In this document: one piece after another, positions 62,462 through 64,000 of the stretch
How positions within the stretch are numbered: position 1 is the stretch's first letter
How the letters are laid out: each line of letters starts with the position of its first letter
Assembly (NCBI GenBank): GCA_965226885.1
Contig: CBDDEL010000017.1
Span: forward strand, 256,001-320,000
Source of the DNA: Opitutales bacterium
GTDB lineage: Bacteria; Verrucomicrobiota; Verrucomicrobiia; Opitutales; UBA2987
Direction of reading: 5' to 3'
Length of the DNA stretch: 64,000 nucleotides
The notes under the pieces: model-generated
What the model saw: the letters and a program-made list of their open reading frames with translations, nothing else
What the model was told of the DNA's origin: nothing
Databases searched by the model: none
Made by a program: the position numbers and the translations under genes

Positions 62462-64000
62462 GAGGCTGTCCCAAAAATATAAAGAATATAAAGATTTTAT
62501 AGTCAACTGGATGACGTTGATAAAAAGAGCCGGAAAGAGCAAGTTTTTGCTCGATCCGGCCAAAAAAGGGTTCTATAATTGAGTTAGCGAAAATCAATAT
62601 AGCCCTTTCTATGAAAAATATAGCCATCCAATGCCTCCTGCGTCCAGCTTTAACTGTGGTCGACCGGTGCCTCGATTACGATAACTTCCGCGCCACCATT
62701 GATCGAATCGATCGGCTGCTGATCGACTCGGAGGTGGAATCGCAGGCCATTGAGCTGGCCTTGGAGGGGTGGCCGCCAATGGGTCTAAAGGCCCGGCGGC
62801 AGCGGGCCAGTTTTGCCATCAAGGCACTGCGCATGGATACGCTGGGCCGTCTGCTCGGAGGGATTTCGTTTCGGCATTTGTCGCGGGCTCTGGGCAGCAG
62901 CGATCTGTTGGCCGACTTTTGCCGTGTCCGGCAGATCGATGGCATCAGGGGCATCTCCAAAAGCACCCTGGAGCGGGCCTCGAAGTTTTTCAGCGAAGAG
63001 CAGTTGAGGGCCTTGCACCGGACCTTGACTGAGGTGGTGGGCGATGCCCTTCTGGCCCGGCAGGTGGGATTGGACAAGCCGATTGACACCACCATTTGCC
63101 TGATCGACGGCACCTGTTTGGAGGCTAACATTCATTGGCCGACGGACTGGGTATTACTCAAGGATGTAGCCGGCACGTTGCTCAAAGCGATCCGGCTGAT
63201 CCGCGAGAAGGCCGGTGTGCGCCATCGCATGCCGATCGAACCGGAGCCCTTGGCTCGGCAGATGAATCGGCTGTGCATACAGATGACCCACAGCCGGCGG
63301 CGAAAGGACAGCGCGCGGCAGCGCAAGGGTATCTTGAGGCAGATGAAAAAGCTGCTCAAACGGATCGGGGAGCATGCCCGCAGTCACCGGGAATTATTGC
63401 AAGCCTGCTGGGAGCAAAGCGATTACAGCGAAAAACAGGTCCAACAGATCCTCGCCCGGATGGAGCGCATGAGCGAGCAAATCCCGGTGGTCATCAAACA
63501 GGCGCACGAGCGGATCATTGGCGGCCGCCAGGTGAAAAACGCAGAGAAAGTCTTGAGTGTTTACGAACTCGATGGGCAGGTGATTGTGCGAGGTAAAGCG
63601 GGCCAAGAGGTCGAGTTCGGCAACACCCTGTTTTTGGGAGAAAGCGTTGAAGGGTACCTGCTGGACTGGAAACTCTACGGCAGCCGAACTCCAAGCGAAA
63701 ATGAACAAATGCTAGAGAGTTTGCAAAGACAGAACCGCTTCAACCTGGAAGAACCCATAGCGGCCATGTGCGCGGACCGGGGATTTGCCTCCCAGCGGGC
63801 CCGCCGGCAGTTAGCCCAGGAGGGAATCTACGACGCGCTCTGTCCACGCGATCCGAAGCAGTTGAAAAAACGGATGGAGGAACCACTGTTCAGACAATTG
63901 CAAAAGCGCCGGGCCAGCACCGAAGGGCGGATCGGGGTATTGAAGAATCGCTGGCAGGCCGGGCGGTTGCGCAGCAAAGGCTTTGCCAACCGCTCGATCA
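62462..64000 (+). mobile_element. IS5/ISNCY-like element; transposase from 62611 runs past the window edge
   Basis: Left end GAGGCTGTCCC as at 20104; long open frame with IDGTCLEANIHWPTD, RGKAG..VEFG, ADRGF and RRASTEGRIG.LK. Confidence 0.85.

Overview
A 64 kb chromosomal window, probably from an Opitutales/Verrucomicrobiota-like bacterium (inferred from the dual TonB-C protein, the Trp-rich C-terminal domains and gene content). About 9-40 kb is an organophosphorus-scavenging region: three OPA/GlpT-type transporters, two GDPDs, GlpF, a NagD-type HAD, an HpnZ-like alcohol dehydrogenase, a PhnX-like HAD, PhoD and PhnA. Inside it is the most interesting locus (10.2-15.8 kb), an operon encoding an RpiR regulator, an OPA transporter, two divergent citrate-synthase-fold proteins lacking canonical catalytic residues, and a CoA-acylating aldehyde dehydrogenase. 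This is a candidate undescribed CoA-dependent phosphonate (or sulfonate) catabolic pathway. The region is eroding: 14 IS copies of 6 types occupy about 27% of the window and interrupt six genes (GDSL hydrolase, NagD-type HAD, PhnX-like HAD, a secreted protein, uxaC, thrC). There are also many short exact tandem duplications and templated insertions: two inactivate pilT, one appears to restore the frame of a sulfatase, and a 75-bp internal IS1 fragment sits in an epimerase. The right end holds dinB, pilT, dapA, dapB, ruvA and an ECF sigma/anti-sigma pair; tRNA-Arg(ACG) lies at 8.6 kb. All family assignments come from motif recognition by eye, not database searches.
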